Origin: the human T2T-CHM13v2.0 reference genome, Homo sapiens
Direction: 5' to 3' (one strand)
DNA length: 64,000 nt
NCBI RefSeq assembly: GCF_009914755.1
Contig: NC_060939.1
Of the stretch, positions 39,815 through 63,462 are shown one piece after another. Position numbers and translations under genes: made by a program. Under the pieces are notes generated by a model. The model was not told where the DNA came from, searched no databases, and was given only the letters and a program-made list of their open reading frames with translations. How positions within the stretch are numbered: the stretch's first letter is position 1; every line of letters starts with the position of its first letter.

Positions 39815-40650
39815 CGTCCCAAGTTGGGTTTTCCGGAAAGCGGACCTAAAGACAAAGATCAGCGTGTAGGAGGCTTATTTGAGTGCTCTTGGAATCAACA
39901 CCTGTGGTTTCAAGGGAATAAAGTAACATTGGACAGACAGAAAAGTTGAACTCTGATAACAGTCCCAATGGATGTCTCAGCTGACCCTATAGGGAGGTCT
40001 GAAGCTCAGATGACCCTTCAGAATTGTTCTGAATTGGGGCTAAGGAGCCAGATCTTTGTACATCACCTTAGTCAGTGGATGTGGGCTAGCTTGGGAAGGG
40101 AATATGGTTTAGTTGTCTATTGCTATATAACAAACAACCTCAAAAACTTAGGGGCATAAAGCAACTCTAATTTATATTATTACCTCTGTAGTTCTAGGTG
40201 TTGACTGAGCTCAGCTAGGCTGTTCTAAGATGGAGTCTATCATGTAGTTGAGGTCAGTTGTTGACTGGGACTGGAGCCATCTCAAAGATTTCCTCATTTA
40301 TGTGTCTGGGGCTGATACTTGCTGTGGCTCATCCTCAGCTGTGACTGCTAACTGGAACACAGACTCTCCATATGGTCTGAACTTGTTACTCATATAGCAG
40401 CTAGTTCCAAGAGCAAGCATCCCAAAAGCAAGAGTGAAACAGGCAGAAGCTGTAAAGCCATTTAGTACCTTGTCTCGAAGTCACAAAGTCAAACTCTAAT
40501 GGTTGAGGAATTACAAAAGACTGTTCAAACTCAAGGGCAGTGAACATTGATGCTATCTCTTGATGGAAGAATTGGTGAGGTCACATTGTAACAGGAGCAT
40601 GTGGGAAGGGCAATATTGTTATGGCCTCTTGAAAAATATAATCTGCCATA
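39815..40650. mobile_element. MLT1-type MaLR LTR fragments
   Basis: TTAGTTGTCTATTGCTATATAACAAACAACCTCAAAAACTTAG ... AAATATAATCTGCCA resembles MLT1 termini. Confidence 0.6.
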
Positions 40651-42465
40651 GGACTTATGTTAAGTAAGTCCACTATCAGCAGCTGAGGAAATCCTTGTAG
40701 GGTATTGGTAGCCAAGGGCCTTCTGCCTTCAGTATCATCCCACCCCAGCAGCTGAAGGATGTCTTTTATTTTTCTTTATCTAGGCTTCAGAGCGCCTACC
40801 ATATGTATTTTCCTATTCTGTGTTATGCATAATTTTTTTGTCCCTATGTTTAACAATATTGAGAGTAAGCAAAAATAACTTAGTTACTTGCTCCAGAACA
40901 TCCTTTTCCCTAAAGATAAGACAGTGAACAAATTAAAATAGCTTGCTCATCACAGCGCACTTCAAGACCCTTGGTCCACTGGTCCCTCCAATCCAAAATT
41001 ATAATATCAAAACCTCTACCCAATCCCAAGCAGTTCCCTATCTTGCAAAGCCTGCCTCAAAAATCACCTACCTCAGTCCTTAAAACCCCATAATATCCTC
41101 CTGGAATTTCTTGGTTTTGAGACATTCCTAAAGCTCTGTTACACTGGTGTTCTGTCTTACTGCAGTGTATTAAACTTAGCTTTGCTTGGTCAACAGGTTA
41201 TTCTGGTAGTCTTTTAGGGGACTATGCACAGACAATGGCAAAAACAGTGTCTAAGCATTCTTTCTCTTAGTGTAGCTTCAGAAGAACTTGGTTCTATGGT
41301 GAGTTGATGAAATGAGAACGTCATCATTTCAGGGAAAAATGGAAATAGTTGCCAATTCAGCCACTGATAGCGTGGAAAGTCAAATTCCTCCAACAAAATC
41401 ATAGGGACTTGAAATTTATTTAGTCCAATTCATCTGCTTAATATGAATGGAGAAGAGGCTCAAATTTGGGCTCAAATTAGAGTAAAATTTTTTCCTATAC
41501 TGCTGAAGAGTCCTCTTCAGTGCAATCAAGGGTTTTATGTTTCCTCTCTGATCCTCATCTTCCTCTTCCCTTCGCCTGTTTGGGATCACACTGTGTCTCT
41601 GTTTTTCCTCTTTTCAGACAATTAGAGGAAATATCAATTCTCCATCATATTTTGGCAGAGGAAGTCTTTTATCTCTATGTTGCCACAGGATTTTTAGGCC
41701 TGTATGTTTTGAACAAAAATATACTTTTAAGATATCTCACATTTCATCAAGTTAACGTGTGCTTTCCATTATCTGAAAAATCTCATTAACAGATAATTTT
41801 GTGACATTGACACCCAATTTTTGAAGTTGAAGGAAAATAAGGGTTTTTTTTTTTTTTTTTGTAAAATCTCATAAATAATAGAACAAACTTTCTTGCAGTA
41901 TAGGCTTTCCTATTCACTTCGCCCAGAGTATTTTAGAAGGACTGAGGGAAAAAAGATATTTTACCTTGTATATATTGGAAAAATAACTAGATGGGAGGGT
42001 TCTGGATTAGTTGTTTTTTTCAGATATTTGTATTTCAGCTAATTTATCCTTTTAAAAATGTGATTGCATTACTAGGTTCTTACCATATGTTAATTAAGTA
42101 GTCAATGACTTGAAATGAAAAATACAATTGATAGTTACTTTAGTAATAACTTACAAGTTGTTATTCACATATTGGTTAATGGGAAAAATGTGTGTTCATG
42201 TGATGAAGATTATTGGAAATCATTATATAAATAATGGTAAAAAGAATACAGAGCTGGTGACACTTCTGGAGTCTCAGAGTTCTTTTTTTCACTGTTGACA
42301 ATTTTCTTCTCCCACATCACAGATAATTCACAACAGATTATTTCTTTATATAGCTTTTATTTTTATGCTAGGATAAATGCTGATATATCCCACATTATTT
42401 TCAATTGTTGAGTTTAAACAAGTCATTCCTGAACACTATTTACATGTTTAAAAAGTCTGTGTATG

Positions 42466-48485
<6,020 letters not shown>

Positions 48486-49243
48486 GTCTGTGTATGCATG
48501 TGTGATAGTGGGAGCATGTGTTTATAGTAACATTGTACTCATTATGACACTGCATTGAGTTCAGATTTTTCTAAACTGCAACAAAATGTGAATGTTTAAA
48601 ACTCATGTTAGAAATACAGATATGGCTTATACACTTTTCTTTTTAACGAGACCCATACAGACTACACCAACATTTTGGCTCTGAGTTTTCAATTTTTTAA
48701 ATAATTTGCATTTTGCATGTTAAAAAAATTATTAAATTTTTGGGTATTCTTTGGTTAGCTTAGTCTCAACACATAAAGGGCTTGAGGTGGCTTATAAAAA
48801 CAAAGTATGAAGGGAGAATTAGCAGCTCTAAATATATTTTATCCAAGATTCTGCAGTTTAAAGATATACCATGCATTCAGCTCTAAATCCTAGACATCAA
48901 AGTTTTTCTCCTGTTTTACTCATAATTCAAATATCAAGTGATCAAGTTTTTAATAAAACTCCAAAGATCATCCAAAAATTATATTTAAATGTTCTGCTAA
49001 TGAATTAGTGTACATTAACTAGTAAACAAGTTTATCATCCTTATAAATAAATATACATTTAAAATCATGTCAGAAGACATAAGCACTCCTGTGATGTGAA
49101 ATTTCATTGACTCCCTCCAGTCCTCTCCATACATACCTCCAATCTACTCAGTGTTTACATGTGAATCCTTACACATAGACAATAATGTCATCCTCCCTCT
49201 TGTGATTTAGGCAAATCACTCCTTATCAATAGAAATATTACCT

Positions 49244-49450
49244 GTGGGGTTGCGGAATAGGGAGGTTTTGGTTAAAGAGGACAAAGTTTCAGTTAGGAGG
49301 GATAAATGATAAGTATTTAAGGTGATGAATATGTTAGCTTGATTCAGTCATTCCACAATGTATACATATATCATAACATCACTTTTTACCCCATAAATAT
49401 ATACAATTATAATTTGTCAATTAAAAAATTAATTTAAAAAACTTAAAAAA
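49244..49450 (+). mobile_element. L1MA-type 3' end fragment
   Basis: Old L1 3'UTR text with A-rich tail. TSD AAATATTACCT at 49233-49243 and 49448-49458. Confidence 0.75.
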
Positions 49451-49467
49451 TATTACCTATGATGCAA

Positions 49468-52711
<3,244 letters not shown>

Positions 52712-55060
52712 CTATATATTATGTTTCTCTACAGCTGAAAAAATGTTCTTAATATAATACACATGCAGTCTGAAGTAATTTCAGTTCTCAAGTTTATGAA
52801 AGGATTGGGTTTTAAAAAAACATACTACAAAAATATGCACTTACATTTATTCCAAAATTTTATATTTCTAACCTCTGCAGTGATAAAAGGTCCAAATTTT
52901 CACCGTTGAACTGCCTTCTTGCATGGTCTTAAACAGTTATTTCTATAAAGCAGATAAAATTTGCATAATTATTTACAGTAAAACCCATTCAGAAACTCAC
53001 TTTGATAGTAATACTTTTATCTACCATTAGAGTTGGAAGAAACATTTCAGTAAAAAAGCATAGGGATGGGTCAAGGCATTTTTTTTTTTAAGAAAAATAT
53101 ACTCTATGTAATACATCTTGGAAACTACACAGACCATATCCTTTTATTTAATGTGAAGGCACAACTTTAACATTAAAAGCAAAGCATTTTAATTATTTAT
53201 GATGTAACTGTCAGTACCAGCTCATAAAAATATATATTTGCAAACATATCATTGAAGACTTTCAGATTGTCAATTCAAAAATCAATTTAAAAAGTCAAAG
53301 TCTATTTGTAGAAAATCAATGACACATTATAGCAGTTCCACATAATATTATTGCTGGACAATCTGTTCACCAGACATCACAGGGTTTTCTTCGTTTTTTG
53401 CATAATACAGATGGTCCATCATCTGATAGCTGTTACCTTTCCAGAACTTTTTCATTTCCTTACATTTCCAGGCAACAACTGAGGCAATAATAAGTGTGCA
53501 AGTTACTAAATAGAGGAGAGCAGGTTGCCCCTTTTTCATCAGCACCAGAACAACAAATGTAAGTATCATGCCAATAGCATAGGCAACTGTAGAGGAAACA
53601 TAGTATATATACGAAGAACCAGTCTAAACATCAACTCTTCTACAGTACGCAAGCAACAGGCCTGTACAATAATGTCTCCAAAGCCCAATATTGAAACAGG
53701 CATGATGCACACACTCATTACTGAGAAACAGATCAGCTTTGGTACTCTGATGACTACTGGCAATGTTTCAGTATTTTCAAAAGGTCCAGCTGCAAGTTTA
53801 ACCATGATACTCTCACCATTCTTTGTGATGAATGGTGTTATGAAAACAAAAAATACATCATAGAGGAGGAGAAGGCCTAGAAGTATCACACATGACTTGA
53901 AGCTGGCCAACTTCAGTGTTTTAATTAAATTCAGACAGAAAGCAATCTCCAAGATATCTTGTAAAATCCAAGCCCACCTGTCTTCATTTTGAAACACAGC
54001 CCAAACAATAGCTATTGCTATGCACAGTCCAGAGAGAAAAATAAGTCTCACTTCCATGCTTTTGCCGCGACACTCAATTGTGCATTGTCCATATGGCATC
54101 TTATGAATTAGTGCAGCAAGAGAGTTGTACAGACTCATTGCTGATACTATGCAGAAAATTGCTATCATAACATAAACTAACCATTTGTGGAAGAAATAAA
54201 GTAAGACCATCATAACACAGTAGATGACTACAAATATTACAACTGTAAGAGGACTAAAAGTTAGATATTCTTCCTTTTTTTTCCCTCATTTATCTATCTT
54301 CAGTTGTCACTGCTTTCAAGTTTTCCAATTCAACTAGTCCACTCCAGTATCCACCTAATGCCACAGTGAACACAGCAATTACAAAAATAACCACCATAGT
54401 ATAATCAAAGTTAGGCCACGATGGAGAACACATTTTCACAGTAATGTTATTTCCTAGAGTCTGCTTCATATCTATAAAGTCTTTGTCACTTATAAATGCA
54501 ATCAGTATTTTCACATCAGGAAATTCAGATCTGTTACCTGAGGTAGGAAATAGGATACTGTTATTGACAACCAACATTGCTTCAGCACCTCTTTTCTGTG
54601 CATTTCTGGTGTTTTCAAGAAAATGGCAGCTGCCCCATTGCACCACAACTGCTTTGTTCTTTATGTCAACAGGAGGAACATCAGAAAGGTTGCATAGTGG
54701 TGCGGAAGTCAGATTCATCAAACTAATGGAAGTTGCATTTTCTAGGGTACTTGGAAGAGCTGACCAATGGGGGTTATAAAGCATGCAGTAGTCCTTGGAT
54801 GTGCCATTTCCAGACGCATGCAAGATTGCTTCCTGAGCGGCTGTCAGCTGGAGCAGGAAGCCCCAGAGCAGGGCGGCCGTGGCAGGGGACAGCCGCCGCT
54901 GCGGCCCCATCGGACTGCTGGGTGGCGGGTGGGGTGGCGCGGCGCGGCTCACTAGGCGGGGTAGGCTGGGAGTCCCGCCACTGCGCTGCCTCCGTGGCGG
55001 GGGCGGCCGGGCTAGGCTGGGATCGCCGCTGCTGCAGGGGCCGCCACTGCAGCCCACACT
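52712..55060 (-). pseudogene. Processed pseudogene of SPPL2A (signal peptide peptidase-like 2A, GxGD aspartyl intramembrane protease)
   Basis: Intronless copy: GC-rich 5'UTR, ATG at 54910 (MGPQRRLSP..., signal peptide, PA domain), YD, GFGD and QPALLYL motifs, C-terminus GEQIVQQ* at 53348. Nonsense codon at ~54290 and frameshifts near 54275 and just after GFGDIIV. Assigning 52712-53347 as 3'UTR is inference. Confidence 0.93.
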
Positions 55061-55673
55061 CTAATTTAGTGGCTAGTGTTCTAATTCCTTTGGGATTCAT
55101 CTGAGTCCTTAATGAGGACTGGGCCAAGAAAAGTTATACTGAAGATAGGACTGTAAAAAACAGAACTCTGGGCCCTACCCCTGCTTCAACCAAAGAGCTC
55201 CGATTTTAATTTATTTTTTATTTTACACATAAAAATAAATTTTTTAATGTGTAAAAAATGTTCTGATAAATTTTCATTTGAACAAAGAATTCCACAGCTA
55301 AAACATGCCTAAAACTCTCTTTGGAGAAGGCTAGAAGCCCATGCCTCATAATTCTGACAAATGTTTGAAACCAGTCACTGAACAGTAAAGTTGCAAAGAT
55401 AGCCTTTTATCAGAGAACCAAATATACTAGTTTTAAAAGTTCTTTGGGTTAATGTTTGTTTTATTTTTCTTACATGCAAAATCATAGCATTAGATCTAAT
55501 AAAGAAAAGCCAAACATACTACCAAAGTTTTAAGCATAAGTAAATATTAATACTAAACAGAAGCATTGATAAAACATGCATTCAATTTGTTTCTCAATTG
55601 AGACATTCAGTGAAATGTTTTGAATATTATTTTTGAAAGAAATTATATTAAAGCAAAGCTTTAAAAAGGATAT

Positions 55674-55834
55674 GGTTCCTGGAATATCTTAGTGAGTTTA
55701 ATCTTGGTTTTCTTAGGTGCTTTGGAAATACCAGCCAGCTCATGCATCTTAAGATAATATAAAATCAATGGACTCTGACCTCCAAAATTGAAGAGAACAC
55801 GATTAAACTCTGGACCAGTACTACTATAGTGCGA
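55674..55834 (-). CDS. FAM227B: FAM227B coding exon with U12-type donor
   Basis: Acceptor ttttcttcctcttacAG. 161 nt, SHYSSTGPEFNRVLFNFGGQSPLILYYL...KIFQE(P), followed by ATATCCTTT rather than GT. Confidence 0.88.
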
Positions 55835-57147
55835 CTGTAAGAGGAAGAAAATAATCAAGACAACGATTACTTTTGTGTTTCTAAAAAACTGTGAATAAAA
55901 TATAACTTCATATTTAGCATAAAGTTACCATTTGATATATTAAAATAAAGGAAATTCTACAAAGCATCTTCTTAATTAGAGGAATTTACCAAAGTATGAG
56001 TCTATAAGTACGTGCAGTAAGGCTCTTCTACTCTTTTGAGTTATCATCAGACTTGCATATAGGCAATAGACATTATTCAGTCTTAAGAACAGAAAAAAAA
56101 AAAAAAAAAATGAAGAAAATGAACAAAGCCAGGAAAAGGCATAGGAAAAATATCTGAACAAATGATGGTCTCAATTTTCAAAATTTATGAAAAACACATC
56201 CAAGAAGTTCAGCAATTTCTAAGTAGAATAAATTCACACCTAGCACATCCCAGACAAAGTTTTTTAAAATAAAGACAAGGAGAAAAACCTCAAAAGCAAG
56301 AGTAAGCAACTCATATATAGGGGAACTTTAAAAGGATTAATAACTAACTTCTTATCATAACAAAACAGGCCAGAAGGCAGTGGGATAGCATAGAGGTGCT
56401 GATGGAAAAAAAAAAACCTGTTGACCAAAAATTCTATGTCAAGAATACAATAACCATAAATATAATTACTCCAAGATTCTATTATTCCCTTCTTATGGCA
56501 GAAATGTCAGTATAGCAACTACTAATATTTTAAGTTTTCCTCAATCTTTGTAATACCATTATGAAAGATTTTTTATTGATTCCACTTACTGTAGGGAAAT
56601 AAAATTTTGTTTTCATTTGCTTTTATTGATACAAAAAGTTCTCTTGAATTTCTTTTGCTTATGGTCACTTTTTTATTCTATAGGTTTTTGCAAAAAATAT
56701 GTTTCAGAATTCCTAGCAGCTACAGAACCATTTCAAATAATGGGACTATCATAATCAATAGCAATTCTTTGCTAGTAAAAAGTTAATGTCAATATCAGAC
56801 ATGTTTTCTATGATGTAAATCACTCCTTCATTTTAAGCTCCCATGATAATTCACATTGGGTTACGTATAGCTCAATCTTCAAAATGTATGCAAAACTAGC
56901 CCAAGCTCAGTTTAGATTTTTAAAAAATTTGCCTGTCTAGATAGTTGTTTTGCAACACTCTTCCTGTTTCTTTCTTGGGTACTATAAGATAAACATTCTA
57001 TCTTACTAAAATTCTAGAAATAGACATTTCTGTTATTTTTCTGCAGTTATCAGTTATTAAGTTAAGAAAATCACAGTTTGCAGCCCTTTTTCCTCTATAA
57101 GAGTTCATGGTTTTTAAGAGTACTTCAGCCAGGTAAGAGGCAAATAG

Positions 57148-57501
<354 letters not shown>

Positions 57502-58159
57502 TAAAGCAGAATGTCGCAAGTTGACCAAAAACCTCTTGCTAGGGACATTCCAAATAGCCAAACCAATGAGCAGAAACCCTAATGTTTCCATTCATCCCAT
57601 GAAAGATAATAGCAGAAATTTGTCAGAGCACTTTAAGATTCCATGAAACAAGACTTTTATTGTCAAGTCAACCTAGCCTAAATTCAAAGAATCAAGCAAC
57701 TCCATAAACTTAAGAATGATCATAAAGGATGAAATAGAAAGTCCAAGGGGTGATTTGGGTACCTAATTTCTCAGAAAATTTATTAAAGGATAATTGCTAC
57801 AATAAGTAAAAAGCTAAACATTGATTTTTGAGGCTTGAATATGTGTTCTGCCAATGCTCATACCCAGTGTCACTTTCAGGGACTAGAAACCCACAGGCAC
57901 CCATTTAGCATGTGGACAACTTCGGTGCCTGGAAAATTTTTCATCTTGAGCTGAAATCTATATCCCTGTATCTTTCACTTATTTATTGGCAAAACTTATA
58001 CTTTTTTTGAGCCATACAGAAAAACTCTAATTCTGCTTTCCTACAGTAGCTCTCTACATATTTGAAAACAGTTATTATGGCCTTCAGAGTCTTTTCCTTC
58101 CAGAAGAAATACTTATAAATAGTTTGGCCATTGCTGAAGCAATATGATTTCAGAGCTCT

Positions 58160-58430
58160 TCGTAATTAGGTTTAGATGAGGTTGTCAATGATGGAATTGG
58201 AGTCTTTATAAGAAGAAGAAGAGACCAGAGCTCACTCTCTCTGCCATATGAGGACACAACAAGGAAGAGGCCATCTGCAAGGCAGGAAGAGAGCCTTCAC
58301 CAGAAAACCAAATTGGCTGGCTCCTTGATCTTGGATTTCCCATACTCCAGAACTATGAGAAATGAATTTCTGTTGTTTAAGCTACCCAGTCCATGGTATT
58401 TTGTTCTGGCAGTCCAAGCTGACTAGTACA
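58160..58430 (+). mobile_element. MLT1A/MST-type MaLR LTR fragment
   Basis: GAGGACACAAC...CCTTGATCTTGGATTTCC...GCTGACTAGTACA terminus. Confidence 0.7.
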
Positions 58431-59531
58431 ATGGGACAGGGCAAAAAATGCAGCAATGTGCTATACTACTAAAGATGTATTTCCAATTTCTATCTGTTAG
58501 CAGCATCCTCTGAAAAAGGTTGTTTAATCTGTTACAAACCCATGTGTTAGCTACTAAACAAAGTACGAGAGACCATTTTTAGTGTTTGCTGAAGACCAGA
58601 TATACAATTTTTATTACTTATCTCTGATTTCTAAATCTGGCAATATTGCCCCAAAGGAAATGGAGTGACATTGTCATTGATTCAAAATTGACTTCTATAC
58701 ATCACCAGTTAATATCTGAAGTGCCTGCAAACCATCCTTAGCCTCACTGTGAAGGTCAGAATAAAGTAAGAAGATATTTTATTAAACTTGGGTTATTAAA
58801 TACCGGGAAAAACATAAATACTGACTTTCAGAAAGTGGTTTTTATATAGGCATAATTTTTAATTTTAAATAAATTATCTTATCAGACTGGATAAGATGAT
58901 GTAGACAAAATTTTAGCAATAAAGACTGTAACCAACTTAAAATCTAATTGTCTAACAAATTAAGATATCAAATTCAGAATTTCAGGTCAATAATCTCATC
59001 AAATTTTGGCTAAGGCAACACATGGTGGTGAGTACATGAAATCTCTACCTGCAAGGCACCTTCAAGAATGTCGAGAAACTAAGCATTCAAGACTCAAGAG
59101 TAACAGTATCTACATGTGGTCAATTATTCTAGGACCATGGCTTAAGAAGTAAGGACAGGTCAACTATTGTTGATACTCCTTTGAAGTTTTGCCTGCAGCT
59201 TTGCTGCTTATTAAGATCATATTCATGTGCAAACACCAGATGGAGCCTTTGTATGTCAGCCAAAGGAGAAACAGTGACAAGACATGTTGTGAGGAAAAAA
59301 GATAAATATTATGATATTTTTCATTAGAAATGGGGATATTTTCAGAAGAAAATAAAACTTTTTAATATTAAGATTAAACCTCAAACAAATCTCTTTTGAC
59401 CATTAAATTCTTTTCCAAAATATATGGTAAGAATGTAATAACCAGCATTGCCTATGTACAGCACAGTCAATTGCAAATATATTGCAAATTAAACAAGTAA
59501 GAAATTTTTTCATAATTATTATACTCCAAAC

Positions 59532-59629
59532 CTTTGTTGCTAGTCTTGATAATCTTGATTCTTCCTTGGATATGGGCAACGTATATGCTCTTGGGTTGTT
59601 CAGAATCTTTATAATATTGAAGTCGATAC
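59532..59629 (-). CDS. FAM227B: FAM227B coding exon
   Basis: Acceptor ttctgttttAG and donor AAG|GTTTGG. 98 nt, [32 protein letters not shown], phase 0 into the 55834 exon. Confidence 0.82.
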
Positions 59630-59841
59630 CTAAAACAGAAAATAAAATACTTTTTAAAATTCTGGTATTTTTTTCCTTCACAGAAAAAGCATGATACCTC
59701 TTTCGCCTTTTAACAATGCACCCTAAACATGGAGAAAGGCAAACATGGATAAAGAGTGTTAAGACATTGTTACAACTTGTCCCAAAGAGGAAATAAATAT
59801 TTCATATTTTTACTCAATAGGGCTTTATTATTATTGTAAAT

Positions 59842-60660
59842 ATTCATTTATAAATAAATGAAATAAAATTCACTTATAAATAAATGAAATAAAATTCACT
59901 AATAAATAAATGAAATAAAATTCACTTATAAATAAATGAAATAAAATTCACTTATAAATAAATAATGAAATAAAATTCACTTATAAATAAATGAAATAAA
60001 ATTCACTTATAAATAAATGAAATAAAATTCACTTATAAATAAATGAAATAAAATTCACTTATAAATAAATGAAATAAAATTCACTTATAAATAAATGAAA
60101 TAAAATTCACTTATAAATAAATGAAATAAAATTCACTTATAAATAAATGAAATAAAATTCACTTATAAATAAATGAAATAAAATTCACTTATAAATAAAT
60201 GAAATAAAATTCACTTATAAATAAATGAAATAAAATTCACTTATAAATAAATGAAATAAAATTCACTTATAAATAATGAAATAAAATTCACTTATAAATA
60301 AATGAAATAAAATTCACTTATAAATAAATGAAATAAAATTCACTTATAAATAAATGAAATAAAATTCACTTATAAATAAATGAAATAAAATTCACTTATA
60401 AATAAATGAAATAAAATTCACTTATAAATAAATGAAATAAAATTCATTTATAAATAAATGAAATAAAATTCATTTATAAATAAATGAAATAAAATTCACT
60501 TATAAATAAATGAAATAAAATTCACTTATAAATAAATGAAATAAAATTCACTTATAAATAAATGAAATAAAATTCACTTATAAATAAATGAAATAAAATT
60601 CACTTATAAATAAATGAAATAAAATTCACTTATAAATAAATGAAATAAAATTCATTTATT
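59842..60660. repeat. 26-bp AT-rich minisatellite (ATAAATAAATGAAATAAAATTCACTT)n, ~31 copies
   Basis: Period 26 read directly (units start at 60061 and 60087). Near-perfect copies with a few TTCATTT variants. Confidence 0.97.
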
Positions 60661-62927
60661 TACATTATGTCATCCTCGCAAACCATTCAGTGAGCTAAGA
60701 AACATTTTCCATAATTTACAGTTGAGAAGACTAAAGTGCAAGTTCTATGACTTGTTTAAGCTACTATTTACTAAGTAGTAGAAGGAGAGGACATAAATTG
60801 GGTCTTTTGCTTCTAAGTCCAAAGCAATGACCCTCTAATTAAATGCAATAAGCAACCTGGGCCTCTGCCTGTCAGAGTCCTGTTTTTCCATATTCTGACA
60901 ATACACCCAGATAAGAGGAGACTTGGTGACCTTTCCTTTCAACCGGCATGAATATGCATGAGGGTACAGAGGGATTCGTGCCACTTCTTAAAGGAAAAGA
61001 GAGCCATGTGATTTAATCAGGTATGTCAATCAGCCTAAAAGCAGAAGCTAGGTATTAAGTGTATCTTAACATCCGAGAAAAAAGGTGATCTGAGAGGTTT
61101 GTTCTAGACTCTGGCACTGATTATCAGTTACCAGGTAGACTAATCAGATCTAGTGATTGTAATGTTGATGACAAACCTTTTAAGAGTTAAAGAAAGTTAC
61201 TTGGGTTGATTTTTGACATTAGACGTTAGGAAATATTAGGCATTAGCTTGAAATACTAAAGGCAGGTAAGCATTTATGTCCACCAGGGATTAAAGAATTG
61301 GTTAGCAAGGAACTTACATTTAAACATTTTGAGTAGAAAGAATATTAGATTTAGAATTAGAATGGGCAAGAAAAGTAATAAACCATATTTTTTTCTTCAA
61401 AATTTGCTCAATTTTGAAAATTCTTAAATACACATATAATACTTAATATATATGATATTACTTAATTTCTAGTCTTCTATGAACCAGTATCATTAAAAAA
61501 ATAAAAGAACCTCTCCATGTTCACTGTACACACAATAAAAAGTTTACTTTTCAAATCACCTGAGCTTAATTGTGGAATTGCTACTTAACAGATAGTAGTA
61601 TACATTAATATGAGGCAAGGTGTCTAAGCTGGGAGTAAGGCAATGGCAAAATAGTAAAGCAAAACAATTTAAGGAGAAAAACAGTCAAATAAAAATTGCA
61701 AAGAAACTCATCTACATATGATGACTAATCAATAACATTAAAATGCCTATATTTATTAGCTTTTTTTCCTCTAACCCATTGATTAGTTTTAGGGAAAAAT
61801 GTTAATATTCCCCCAAATTATAGTTTTAGTGCTTCTTCTGTTCTCAGCATCTCTGAAAGCTTGGGAATATTACCTGAAAATCCAAAAATGACTCTATCTG
61901 ATAAAACTATAATAAAATGTCTTAACTGTTCTTACTAAGTCTCCAGAAATTTCACTAGTGAAAAAATGTTCCAGTCTTCCTCCACTTTCATTGGGAAAAT
62001 TTCATTTCCATAATTATCCCCTATTTATTTTAGAGATGTTATCCCCTCTAAAAGGGAGACATGTAAGTAAGTATGGTTATTGCTATCCACTTTTACAGTT
62101 TTTATTCTAACAGTCTTCCTGAAATGCAAATAACTCCTATATGTTGGAAAAATTAAAGAAAGGTCAAGTGTAGGTCACAAATATTAATACAATAATTGAC
62201 TAAACTATACAAACAGAAAAAGTATTGCTGATAGATACACTTTAGAATATATGTAATTAAAATCAGAACTACTCTCAGAAAGAGACTTTTAATCTTGTAT
62301 TGAAATGCAAGTTAATTCAAGAAAAGGCCTCATACCTGCATTAAAAGACAGACAAATGATGTAATATTTAACTTGTTTTAAGTTAAAATGCTAAAAGATA
62401 CAAGTATCATTTTCCATGATTCCTGATTTGGGTAACTGGTTTTTCCATTAACCAACCACACCAGATAAAAGCTCTACTTTATAAAGATAGTTGGTATCAA
62501 AGCAAGAATTTTTGAGGCTAGATTACTTCAAGATCAGATCTTTCAGAGTCATTTACAAAGAGAATACCTGAGACCCAAGCCTGATATAATTTTACAGTCG
62601 ACTTTTAAATCCTGTAAATGGTCAGAATTCCCGAGATTTTTAGTTGTTCCAATGAAGTCTAGGAAGGAATCCAATAAGCCTCATAAATAAGAACTATAGA
62701 ATGCACCAAAATAGCACAGTAATAATAATTTTAGAAGCTCAAGAGTTGGAATGTACCTTGGAGAGAGGGGTAGAAAAGAAATGCCAGGAGAAATAGAGAA
62801 AATATAGGTATCCATTAGGCAAAATGTATGTGATCTTAGCAAATAAAAAATAAAATGTGAATGCAATTTTGTCCAATAATATAGGAAAATGATGAGTATT
62901 TCAAATAAACTATTGCATATTCATGAG

Positions 62928-63462
<535 letters not shown>

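Noticed and set aside
53348-55057. Functional SPPL2A gene
   Set aside because: It is intronless and split over three frames, with a nonsense codon and a frameshift right after GFGD.
59842-60660. CRISPR-like array
   Set aside because: The units are head-to-tail with no unique spacers and no cas genes, in eukaryotic DNA. It is a minisatellite.
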